Assembly (NCBI GenBank): GCA_000165345.1
Contig: CM000433.1
Coordinates: 256,001-320,000, forward strand
Direction: 5' to 3'
DNA: 64,000 nt
Shown: piece by piece, positions 39,838 through 50,990 of the stretch
Position numbering within the stretch: the stretch's first letter is position 1
Layout: the number at the start of each line of letters is the position of its first letter
Notes under the pieces: generated by a model
What the model saw: only the letters and a program-made list of their open reading frames with translations
The model's database searches: none
What the model was told of the DNA's origin: nothing
Made by a program: the position numbers and the translations under genes

Positions 39838-40659
39838 ATGCAAGAAATTGATTACAAGTTGGTGAATGGAACTCATAGTCTCTTGACAACTTACTTTCTC
39901 GTCTCGACTGTTGCTGTAATTTTTTCCAGCGTGGTCCGGTTTGCTAATTTGATCACGACTCACGGTAAACTTCGCAAGAAGAATTTATCCTCAGAGAATA
40001 TTGGAAGTACCTCAACTGATAAGGTAATTTATTTAATATTGGGGTTGAGCGTGAATAAAGGGTGGTTTCGTTATTTCTATCTAGTTGGGGTATTCACAAC
40101 ATTAATTTGCGTATATTTAGGCTATCCAAATTGCCACAGATTACTTTTTTTTTTAATACATGTGATTAGAAGGCTATATGAAGAAGTATTTATTTCATAT
40201 CATAACACAAATTATAGTAAAATGAGTATTTTTGTATTTTTATTTGGTATATCATACTATATTATAATGCCTATAACATTATTGGCTACCCAAGATTTCT
40301 ATGGGAAATTTGTAGTTTTGCAATATATATCTTTCGCAGCATTTTCTTTAGTTCAATATAAAAGTCATGTTAAACTTTCAAACATTAGGAGAGCAAATTC
40401 CGAGGAGTATGGTATTCCTTATGGTGGTATGTTTAAATTTGTTAGTTGCCCACACTATTTCAGCGAGATTGGAATATATATATCATTATTTTTTGATGCT
40501 ATTTTTAATTCAAATAATTTGCATATTGCGGCCGCTCTATTATATATTATTAGTTGTATGTATTTAAATGCAATACGAGCACATAAATGGTATATTAACT
40601 ATTACAAGGAGTCATACCTATCTCTAAATCGCAAAGCAATTATTCCATATATTGTTTAA
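39838..40659 (+). CDS. Steroid 5-alpha-reductase family membrane enzyme, most likely polyprenol reductase (SRD5A3/Dfg10-like).
   Basis: C-terminal family signature YGIPYGGMFKFVSCPHYFSEIGIY, with multiple TM helices. Its stop codon overlaps the stop of the convergent gene downstream. Confidence 0.7.
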   Translation: MQEIDYKLVNGTHSLLTTYFLVSTVAVIFSSVVRFANLITTHGKLRKKNLSSENIGSTSTDKVIYLILGLSVNKGWFRYFYLVGVFTTLICVYLGYPNCHRLLFFLIHVIRRLYEEVFISYHNTNYSKMSIFVFLFGISYYIIMPITLLATQDFYGKFVVLQYISFAAFSLVQYKSHVKLSNIRRANSEEYGIPYGGMFKFVSCPHYFSEIGIYISLFFDAIFNSNNLHIAAALLYIISCMYLNAIRAHKWYINYYKESYLSLNRKAIIPYIV

Positions 40660-43600
40660 TTTTCTGATAATATCATTTTTAGGCGTCCATCCTTCCAAGA
40701 TTCATACGGATTTCTGATTATTCTAAATTCAATGTCATTTAAACTTAAATTTGGTGCATTAAGATTAACACCTAGAATGTGAAACAACCAATAATTATTC
40801 TGTAATCTTTCTGCGAGCTTCCATTCATTGAAAGAAATACGAAAAAAGTTCTTTTCTTTTTTTGATGATGATTTAACTTCAACAAATATTTCCTCCTTTG
40901 TTCCTCTTGTTTTATCCATGAAAACTAAAATAATGTCGTAAGGAAGACCCGATTCTGCTGTTTCATTAACCCAAGTTATATTGAAATAATCAATTCCAAG
41001 CTCGTTACTAAACTTTTCTTTCAAGGAATCAAAGGCTAGTTTTTCTCCCATCTTACCTATTTCTAAAATATCTTTTTTGGACAGTTAGTATTATATTCTA
41101 TTTGAAGTTCTTCGTTTAATTGAACATCATTGCTCAATTTAAGAGCAGCATTATCCACATAATCAGATAATAGAAAATACTTTAGATCAATTTTAATTCC
41201 AATTTCTATTTCTATCTTCTTAATCCAATTAATTATAAATTTATCCCAAGCCATTTCATTTCTCGAAGATTCGAATTTCTTGATTGCATCTTTGAATATA
41301 TGTTTTGTTACCATGATGCTTTTTAAGTTTGGATAATATTTTGGAAAGAAAGAAGTAATAAATGTGAGGATAGATAAAAGTGCCTCTTCAATCTCATCAC
41401 CACCTAATTTATTTTGGTGTTTAACATACAGCTTATTTGTTTTAAAATCGAATAGAGCAGGAGTATAAAATGATTTTTCCAAGCATTTAATAGAAATATT
41501 CGTATTAGAAACCACTATATTGCTTTTTGAAATTAATTCGCTCCAATTTTTTCTTTTTTTAACTTTATCCTTAATAGATTCTTCATACAGTGGCCCAAAT
41601 ATATTAATAATTATTTCAAAATAAAAGGTTGAATCTAAACTGAGCTCAGTATTAGGATAAATATCTAAACTTAGATCTTCTGAATTCTTAAATAATTGAA
41701 AACAAATAGTATTCCAATCGTGGGTTAGTTCATCAAAATCTAAATTTTGCATATTTAAACTTGGCTGCATAATCGTAAACATGATAGGGGACCATACGAC
41801 TTTTTTTTCTGAAAAAAACCTATATGCAAAATGATGAAATAACATGGAATTTGAAAATATAACTTCATTATTATCTCTAATTAAATCTGCATTTAACCAT
41901 ATACAATAATTATTTTTTTTAATAGTTGGCAAATTTAGTAAACCATATAGAATAGTTTTGTCATATTTATATAGTTGAGTAACAATACTTACATATGTCA
42001 ACAATTGTTTTGAGTCTGCTTCAATTCGCTTTATTTTATATATTTCTATTAAATGAGCGATTAGATGCTTTCTTTCAGGATTTAAGGGAACTCCAAGTAA
42101 TAAAAAGAAACTTAAAATATCATTGATTGAAATACTTAATTTGTAAATATTAGAAAATTGGTAAAACAAGGAGTGGCTTTTTGGTAATATATTCTCATCA
42201 CTCCAATATAACTCCTCTAGATTCTTCCAAATTAAATTCTTGCATTCATCTTGAAAAGGAAACCGCAAATTTTTCCTTAAAGTGTCTAAAGAATTCATTG
42301 ATATGTTTGATTTAGATTCTTTAATTATTAATTCTAGCAATGAAATATATGAACTTGGATTTATTTGATTTAAATTATATAAACTTATTTTGTAGAAGCT
42401 GGGATTATGTAAAGCTTCAATTAATGAACATAAATACTCCAAGCTAATTTCTGTTATAGTAGAAAATGCATCTGATAAGGTAATCGACATGTTTTTTTCT
42501 GTATTATCCAAAATTAAAAAATTTACAAATTTTGATATTACTTTGTGATGCTGAGTATTAGTATATAACGTCAACATTTTTGGTGGACAAAGGTGTTGAA
42601 AAATGAAATTGTTGTTTGATAGGTATTTCGAGACAAAAATTGGATATGATGAAAACTGAAGCTGTACAAATGAAGGCTTTTTTATAATTTCATGAATATT
42701 GATAGACCAATATATTTGAATTTCTTCCCAGAAATCGCAAACACAATTTATTATTTGATTTGATATTGTCGTTAGTGTCTCTTCAAAATATTCATTTCCA
42801 GTATTTTTTGATAACATATCATTCATTATTATTGCCAGTGACTCTATTCCATGACAGTAGAAATCTGTTATTGATATAAAATTTGATTTTTTAACATTAT
42901 AAATAGATTCAATATGTTGATCTATTAACTCACTATTGTTTAACTTACTAACTGACCTGAGATGCTCCTGATAGTCATTTAAATTATTAAATTCAACTTT
43001 TTCAAAATAGAAAGGTAAAATTGACACTCCAAACTTGCTAAAATATGAGTTCCAAAATGATTCATCAGCATACTGGAGATATTTTTTGCTAAATGCGTGA
43101 TAAGAAAAATTGTTAATTAAATCCTCATTTTTACTATCCAAAATCCGTTTAATGTTTTCAATTAGCGAATACTTCTTGCTGGTAACAAATAAATGAAAAT
43201 TTTTTGGTGATATTGGTAATAATTCATCATTTGAGTCAGCTGCAAGTGTCTGTTTATTGCTGGTCGGACTATAATTTGATTTTGCAAGTAAAAAAGTAAA
43301 GAAAATATGATCATCTGTGCTAATGTCGTTGCAGTCAGCAAGACTTTCATAAATTATTTCATAATACTCATCAACTTTAAGGAATGATGGCCCAAGAATT
43401 TGAATAAAATTAATTATCTTGCTATAAATAAATAGTTCATCTTTAAAAAACTCTTTTAGTTGAGAAATAAAGTCTCTCTTAATAAAGTGTATTCCCAACT
43501 TTGAAATTGAGGGCATATCCTCTTCCATAATAAATAACTGTTTTTTAGAATTAGTATCAATTGGTTCTATATATCGACCTTCTTCTGTTAGAAACAACGG

Positions 43601-46600
43601 TAAGCGTTTTAGCTTTTGCAAATCAAAATTAATATCTGCATAAGAATCAATTAAATTTTCAATCAAAAGAAAAAGATTAAAATACCATTCATAATTTCTG
43701 CCAAAATAAGAATAATCAGAAATTATTCCTTTAATTATATCAACCAAAATATCTATATTGAATTCAGTTATTCCTAAATCTCTCAATAAAATATTCTCTG
43801 TATTATTTGCGAATGCATTATTAATTAAAAACTTATTAGAATATTTTTTTAACAAATAAGAAAATTCATTAATATTTGGAAAAATATCTAATAATATTTT
43901 AAATGTCCTTGAGTCATTATTTATAAAAACAGAATTTGAAGGTTGTATGAATATTTTTTCGCATGTATAAATACATTTTTCATTTATTAAAGCTTTATTA
44001 ATTTTGGGAATTATTGGTATGAAAAATTCGTCTATATTATCAGCTTTTGTTGGTAATATTCCTAGAAACGACTTCTTTAATAAATGAAAACCATTTGTTT
44101 CACGTAACTTTGATATTAAATAAATAATTGCATTAGGTATAATTTCGCGAATATAAATGTTCCAATTTGAATCAATTGATATTGATTCCCTAGATGATGT
44201 AAGCTCGAAGTCTGCTTGAAGTATAAATTTCAATCCATATGACCTAATAGGCAAAAATGAAAACACCTCTTTATTGTCATAATTACATTCTCCATCAAAT
44301 GTATCTGATTCGTTATTTATTTCTATTCCAATAGCCAAATTGTTTAATTTTTTATTTTTAACCAAGTTTGAAATATTTTTGGGAATTTCAAAATTATAAT
44401 TCACAATTAAAAATGATTTTGTAATATTTCTATTGGATGAAAGTTTTCGCTTCTTATTTGTGGGATCACACATTATGTGTTTAAAAATATTTACCAAGAT
44501 TAAATCTTTTGAAATTAACTTTTCAGATCTTGTTATTACCGTAACCCTATCATTAGTAATTAGTTTAATTCTTTTTAATTTATTTGTAAATAGGATTATA
44601 TTATCATTTAATTTTAAATCTTCAAAAATTATATCTTCTTTATAAGGGAGCCAAAATTTAGTTTTATAAGTAGAAACTTCTATTTCATACTCATTATGAA
44701 ATTTGTGATTTGGAATTAAATTATATAATTCTTCATCAACCCATTCCGGAAAAATATAGGATCCATGCTTTGAATTTAAGTTGAACTTGAAACAATAGCC
44801 ATTACTAAAAATAAATGGAGTGTTTGTAATTAAAAATACGCTTTTAAATCCGATTCCAAAGCAACCAATTTTCTTTTCATTAAAAACTTTTGAGCTATTT
44901 CCAATATCACAAATTGAACTAATATCTCCTTCAGTAAATCCAATTTCATTATTAATTACAAGCACACCATTTTTGTGAAATACAAAAATAATTGAAGGTA
45001 TTTTTCCAATACAAGAACAATACTGGTTATCATCAGCATTTTGTATCAACTCGAATATAAAGTGATTAATTTTCGTGTAAAGTTTAATTGATAGATTTTT
45101 GCATGATTGATTTATTATACTAGTGTAATTTTGAATTATCTGGTTATAATCTTTATCAAGAGCTTTTTCTGAAATACCAAATTTTTGTTTTTGAATAGAC
45201 AAAATAAAACTTTTACAGTCAAAAATATTTATGGACTTATAGTTTGAACAATATTCACATCTTAACTCTTCAAAAATAAATTCATCTTCAGTAGACATTT
45301 TTACTAAGCATTCATTTTCTTCCAAACTATCTTCAACTTCAAGCGATATTGTTAAGTTTAAAGAATTGCAATAAAACTTGTTATAAAAATCATTTCTGAT
45401 TTTGGAAGGTAAAACCTGAATTAACTTATTTAGTTCAGAAATATTGTTATTTTTTGATATGCTTTCAGATAATGATTTAACAAATTCGTCTCTTTCAACC
45501 TTTAAAACAAAAAGAATTGTCATTAATAAGTAGTCCCATAAGTCCAAATATAGAACTGGAGGGCAAATTCGCAAAATGCAAGAAAAAAAATCAATTAAAT
45601 TAAATGATTTACAAATACATGATGATATATCAGTTCTTAGTATTTCTTTTGGAAATAATTTAATAAAGTTTTCAACTCCATTTTCTTGAATACATCCGCC
45701 TATAAAATAATTTAAAGTGTTAATCTCATTACATTGAGCTATTGAATCAATCATCAAGGAATAATAAGCATGTGCTGTAGAATATTTTTCACTATTAGGC
45801 TTTAAAATTTTATATATGCATATTTGGCAATTATTAATTTTTACGTTTGTTGATTTAGGCTTATTACCATTTTTTGAAAATTTGATAAAATTAAAATGTC
45901 TTAATAACTCGTTATCAATATTCTTATCTAAAAATTCTGTTAACTCTCCATATCTAATATGGTTATTTGCTGAATACCAAAATAAATGATCATATAAATC
46001 AATTAATATTGGTGCTGAATGAATAATTTTTACTAAATTATTTGAGAAAAAACCATCGTTAAGAGAATCATTTAAGCTTGAAATTAATAAGTCAGTCTGA
46101 TTAATTTTAAGAGATAGTAAATCAACTACTCGATTATTTTGTTTTACATTGCTTTCGACAAGAAACGCTTCTCTAGTCATATCTTCAAGGCTTAAACCTA
46201 ATAAGTCTAAATCTAATCCAAATTCCTCTATTAAAATTAAATTAATTGATTCTTTGATAAATTTTTGATCAGTTTGATTTAAATATCTTTTAACCGTTTT
46301 AAAGATTGTATGAAAAAATTTACAATCAAATTGATCAGACTTTTTGCCTAATTTTTCATCTTCAAATCGTAAACAAATACCATATGTCGAAAAAAACTCT
46401 AAAATTCCACTAGTTAATATTTCTTTGTTTGTATTTGATATTGTTTTTTGACTAAAAATCTTACTTAGAACATAAAAAATACTGGTAGAATTGAAAATTC
46501 CTATTCCTTCCAAAGAACTTGACTCTATTGCCTGAAGAAAGTCAATAATTGTAGAATAATCGTTTCTATTAATATTTGATAATGAAAAATTTATCGAGTT

Positions 46601-47134
46601 CAATAACGAGTCTACTTCAATCGAATTTCTCATATGATTTGCATAATTAATTGAATTAATAAAATTGTCATCTTTTGTTTTTATTAAATGATATCTCCAT
46701 GAAATTGAGCTTAGAGATTTTAAAATAGCATAAAGTACTCTTTTATATCTTTGTTTTGATTCTAGAGAGAACAGATCTTGATTTTCTAGAAAATTATTGA
46801 AATGAAAAAGTCTATTTATTGATTTCAAAAACAAGTTGAAATGATTTTCTGCCTTATCATAGCATGATGCAAATGAATTTTTTGTATTAATATCGTTTAA
46901 TATTGAATATATGTTAAATATCTCGCGACTATATCTCGATTGAAATTTTTTTGAGACTGCTCTAATATGTGAACAAAATGACTTATCTTTGCTTGGGCAA
47001 GTACACTCAAAAAGAAGCATATCTACAATTCGATAATCTGTGCTGAATGAGCAAACATTATAAATATCTGGGTCTTTATCACAAAGCATAATGCCATGGG
47101 GGTTTTGAGTAATAATATCAACTTTCTTATTCAT
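40656..47134 (-). CDS. NO VEIN (NOV)/sacsin-like giant protein: N-terminal SWIM zinc finger, GHKL-type ATPase-like motifs and a C-terminal DUF3883 domain. The reading frame is broken by a 1-nt shift near 41066-41080 (A6/T6 homopolymer).
   Basis: SWIM finger: FECTCPSKDKSFCSHIRAV (CxCx8CxH). HATPase_c (sacsin/NOV type): FIFELIQNADDN ... KIGCFGIGFKSVFLITNTP. The small ORF 40656..41051 (IGKMGEKLAFDSLKEKF...GLPYDIILVF...EIFVEVKSS...FRISFNEWKLAE...YWLFHILGV) is the start and body of DUF3883. Its frame is open upstream to within 11 nt of the large ORF's TAG, and a single-base indel in the ccaaaaaag run would fuse the two. The first ATG of the large ORF is at 47134 (the track start is TTG). Confidence 0.65.
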
Positions 47135-47203
47135 TGTTTCGAAAGTTATCACATTTTTCAAATTAATTTAATATTCCGCGCTAAATAATATTTAATATTA
47201 ATC

Positions 47204-48028
47204 ATGAGAGCATATTCGATTATTATTTGTAACGAAAATGATGAAAGCAGTGTTAAAATACTGTCATCCTGTTATTGTCTTTCTAGGTACGGTGAAATAC
47301 CCCCATTTTAAACATTAAATTTGCAAGATTAGATTTTCCTATTTTGAACGAAGTTATATTAAAGAAATTTTTATTTTTATTGTAAAATCCATTACTCCAA
47401 AGGTAAGTAAATTATTATCTTTATATCCAACATATTTTCCATAGCTAAATTCAGGAGTGCAGGAAATAATTACCCATGATGAGTATACAATATTTTCATA
47501 TAAATGGAGTGATGGACTTTCAATATCTATGATATGTGACGATGACTTCCCTGCAAGGTAAGTATGAATTAAAAGACTTAAGTAAAACTATATTCTTTAG
47601 GATTGCATTTTCATCTATATTTGAAGCTTATATGAACATTAAAGATAAAAATCAACATGAATTGTCTTTATTAGACGATAAATTAATTTACAGAACAATT
47701 TTTACAATACTGAATAAATATAAAGTAAGTTGAATAAGTAGTAATTGATACTTCAAACTATTTGAATAGGAACCTCTAATTTCAGACGCAATTACTGAAT
47801 CTCAAATAAAAATTGACAAGGCTCGAGTAAGTTTTTTTTTTCTTAATTTATTCCCTTTCCATTTTATTTTTTCTACAGGAAGCTATTAATGTTTCACTTA
47901 AATCTTTTTTAGATAGAGGAGAAAATTTGGATGAGCTTATACAAAAAAGCAACGATTTGTCTGACTCATCGAAGAAATTATTCAAAATGTCTAAAAAAAC
48001 AAAGAGGCCATGTTGTAGTCTTCAATAA
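47204..48028 (+). CDS. YKT6: R-SNARE Ykt6 (longin domain, SNARE motif, C-terminal CCxxX lipidation box), six exons: join(47204..47286,47333..47402,47445..47557,47601..47724,47770..47826,47879..48028).
   Basis: The spliced 198-aa product is MRAYSIIICNENDESSVKILSSCYCLS R FSYFERSYIKEIFIFIVKSITPK LNSGVQEIITHDEYTIFSYKWSDGLSISMICDDDFPA R IAFSSIFEAYMNIKDK...NKYK EPLISDAITESQIKIDKAR EAINVSLKSFLDRGENLDELIQKSNDLSDSSKKLFKMSKKTKRPCCSLQ*. It parallels Ykt6 throughout (MKLYSLSVLYKG..., SFSFFQRSSVQEFMTF, DEYPSRVAF, SNARE motif ERGEKLDDLV..S..L) and ends in the CCAAX-type box. Introns are 46, 42, 43, 45 and 52 nt, with GTACGG/GTAAGT donors and (T/C)AG acceptors. A pure ORF scan cannot see this gene. Confidence 0.8.
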
Positions 48029-48031
48029 TAT

Positions 48032-48075
48032 TGCATGCTGCATGTAACTTAATTATTATTGCATGTGCATGCATT
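48032..48075. promoter_or_regulatory. Cluster of GCATG / TGCATGCA motifs (4 cores in 44 nt) in the 105-nt spacer between YKT6 and the downstream membrane-protein gene.
   Basis: tgcatgctgcatg at 48032..48044 and tgcatgtgcatgcat at 48060..48074, with a perfect TGCATGCA at 48066..48073. TGCATGCA is a known ApiAP2-type cis element in apicomplexans. Confidence 0.45.
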
Positions 48076-48133
48076 CCTTTTTATTTTCGTTTTCAAATAA
48101 ATTGATAGGTATTATTTTGTGCAGATAGCAAAA

Positions 48134-49333
48134 ATGTTTTTTAAAGAGAAATCTGTAAAAGAAGTCCCAACTGCTCCAGCTAGCCCTTCGATATTACCGT
48201 TGAGAGATGCCAATCTCCCTGAAACCGTAATAAAGGAAGTCAGCAAAATATTATATTTTGGTTTTGGAGGTTTTTTAACCATTTCAATAATTTCACTTGC
48301 AGTGCTTCAGGCTAATACAAATGCAGTTTGTGATCGGGTAAGTTCTAATAAAAAGTTTAATCGACAATTTTAAATCGTGTAGAATCTCGATGAAACTAAT
48401 GGGTTATCTGCAATATTTTCACTTTCAATGTCTCTGGTCTGTTCTCTCATGCTTTTATTACCGGATCAAAGAGACGCGTTGATCAAGGCATTTAAATATA
48501 ATGAATTTCCTTCCATGAAAAAAATATCAATTTGCAGCTGGGCTAGTATTATTTCGTTTATTTTGGTTCCTGCAGTTGTGATAATGCATGATAGTAAGTA
48601 AAAAGCTATAATTAAAGAATTATAAAAACTTTTATAGTTGGTGGATTCATAAAAATTTCTGAAAGTAACTCTTGTAAATATACTGCACCGGGACTATATA
48701 TTGGTACGTTAACTTAATAATGGTTATATATCTATATTAATAATTTCAGGAACTTCAATTGTGCTGAGCTTTCAATTGCTAATCATACTCTTATTAACTA
48801 TGGCACTTTTTTCCTCTAATTTAATGGACTTAATTAGTTCGCTTCCATCCATAAATTTAGAAAAAATTAATATATTCATTGATCATTTGGCAGGATTTTT
48901 CAGCTATACAAAATCCATATTTAACTGGATGATAAATCAATCAATTGATTTTATAAGAAAGCATTGTTTCTCAAACTGTGCCGAACTATATTCAAAATTC
49001 GTGACAAATTTTAAAAATCTGGGATGTTTGCTTTCTTCAATTACCAGAAAATTTACTGAAGCATCCAAAAATGTTGGCAGCAAGCTTCAAACTTTACTTG
49101 AAAATATTAGTAGGCTAAGCAAAGATACAATTGAAAAAACTAATCTTTTCGGTAAAGAATTGTGTGTCTTTGGAAAAGAAATATTCATAAAAGTCAAATC
49201 AGCCATATTGGCTATAAAAGAAGGATCGGCAGGTAAGTTTTTAGAAGTATATTTGGGACAATTTACCTTTTTTAGGTTTCAACTTAGAGACTATCCCGCT
49301 ATTACCAAAGTAGTATGCAAACTAGTCTGTTAA
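48134..49333 (+). CDS. Multi-exon gene for a putative multi-pass membrane protein of unknown family: join(48134..48337,48383..48593,48638..48703,48750..49232[,49276..49313?]).
   Basis: Exons a-d join in frame through introns of 45, 44 and 46 nt (GTAAGT/GTACGT...AG). Predicted TM helices are FGFGGFLTISIISLAVL, LSAIFSLSMSLVCSLMLLL, SIISFILVPAVVIM and LSFQLLIILLLTMALF. A possible terminal 43-nt intron at 49233..49275 is uncertain. The start is taken as the ATG at 48134. Confidence 0.45.
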
Positions 49334-49392
49334 TCATTATATTTAATTAAAAGTATTTGCGCAAATATTTTTTTTCTAAATGCTTTAAATCC

Positions 49393-50457
49393 TCAAGGTA
49401 AAAATGAGTCGGAATTTGCTTCAGCAAAAACAGAAGAAAATTCAATACATTCTTTAAATTCGATGTTATTAATCTGACCCCTACCTAAATTATGCAAACT
49501 TTCTTTATGATAAATCGTCTTATTGCAATAAACTTTTCCAAGCTCATGAATGATGCTTGAGATCTCATGAAGATAACTATTAATATATTGCCAATACTCC
49601 AATCTTGCCAAATTTATTTCACTAATGTATAATTCTGGATATTCTGCAACTTTCCTCCATTTATTCAATAATTGTTTAATTTCAGTGCTAGGGTCAAGAT
49701 CGATATTATTAGAAAAGCAAGATAAATTATTAGATTCTTCCCAACGTAAATTTGATTTATTAATATTGAAACCCTTCCCAAGCAAAGGTTTGTTTTCTAA
49801 TTGAGGTTGAATTAAAAAGTTTTTCGTATTTTCAGAATCGTGTATGCATTTTAAACTTTTTTGTTTGGTTACCCCACTGTTTCTGTCATGTGATGTGATT
49901 ATTTCCAAATTAGTAATTTCGTCATTTTTATTGCCAGAAAACATTGAGCTTTTAGCTGTGTTTTCAGATTCAGAAGTTGTTTTTTCAACTAATTTTACAT
50001 TAGGATATTTGTTTAAATTAATTCCTCTCGTGAAAGGAAGCGTATATATTCTCTCCTGCCTTCTTTCTGCAAGTCCATGAATTAAATGGCAGTAGTAAGT
50101 TTTGCATTCGCCTTTTTGAAATGCTGTGCATAATTCTGACTTATAAATTAACGGATGATAAATTACTTCTTCCATCGAATGAGAATATGGACAATACCCT
50201 CCCCTGTTGCAAAAGTTTGCAACTTTTCCAGTTTCATGATCTAAAATTGTAATATCTGGGCAAATATCAGGTAGATATCTTAATGCAGATCGGTCGGATA
50301 AGTAAAATGGGCATCTTCTTGGCCAGTAAACATTATGAGAATATTGGCATCTTAGTGGGCCGAAATCGCAACCTTCCCTAAGACTTCTACGACATAACTT
50401 AGTCCGAAATCTAGTAAGCTCTTCAATACTCAATAATGCGTTTGCCATAATTTTCAA
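49393..50457 (-). CDS. CCCH-type zinc finger protein (three tandem C-x7-C-x4/6-C-x3-H-like fingers), a putative RNA-binding protein.
   Basis: FRTKLCRRSLREGCDFGPLRCQYSH; CPDITILDHETGKVANFCNRGGYCPYSH; YKSELCTAFQKGECKTYYCHLIHG. Confidence 0.65.
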   Translation of the reverse strand: MKIMANALLSIEELTRFRTKLCRRSLREGCDFGPLRCQYSHNVYWPRRCPFYLSDRSALRYLPDICPDITILDHETGKVANFCNRGGYCPYSHSMEEVIYHPLIYKSELCTAFQKGECKTYYCHLIHGLAERRQERIYTLPFTRGINLNKYPNVKLVEKTTSESENTAKSSMFSGNKNDEITNLEIITSHDRNSGVTKQKSLKCIHDSENTKNFLIQPQLENKPLLGKGFNINKSNLRWEESNNLSCFSNNIDLDPSTEIKQLLNKWRKVAEYPELYISEINLARLEYWQYINSYLHEISSIIHELGKVYCNKTIYHKESLHNLGRGQINNIEFKECIEFSSVFAEANSDSFLP

Positions 50458-50531
50458 AACCTATTTATGTAGCAATATTTAAATAAAAATCAACTAACAA
50501 CTCATATGGATATTGTCGCTATTAAATAATT

Positions 50532-50640
50532 GTGTATTGGATTAATACACACGGTCATTTTTTCTTGAATCATTTTCCTTAACCCCTCTTCTTTCAAGTA
50601 TTTCTCCAGCCAATTAAATTTATATATCGTTGCAACGATA
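50532..50640. other. Structured elements in an unusually long (533 nt) spacer: hairpin GTGTATT-ggatt-AATACAC followed by T6 (50532..50563), and a perfect 16-bp palindrome TATCGTTGCAACGATA (50625..50640).
   Basis: Seen directly in the sequence. The spacer 50458..50990 lies between two divergent genes (CCCH finger and PRELI) and is 3-5 times longer than typical spacers in this window. Confidence 0.4.
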
Positions 50641-50990
50641 AAACCAGTGGCGTGATAGACATAACGTTGAAGATTGAAGTAGTTTAGATTAATAAAATTA
50701 ACGTGATATAAATTAGGAATATGAAATAAAAATAAATGAAATATAGCCTAAGTATTTATTGAATAGATACCTCAGCTCTTCTCAACTCAAGAATTTGAAA
50801 ATATCCTACTATACTTGGCTTTTCAACTTATCTTTTTGAATTTAATGTCATAAACTTGACGTGATATTTATCTTCATTTACTTTTTTCTACAATTCGTAG
50901 ACTTCTAGCATATTATATTTGATTATTCTTTTTTTATTAAATTAATTTTTTCTAACAAAAAAATAAGTTGCGGTATTTGCTCTAATACTG

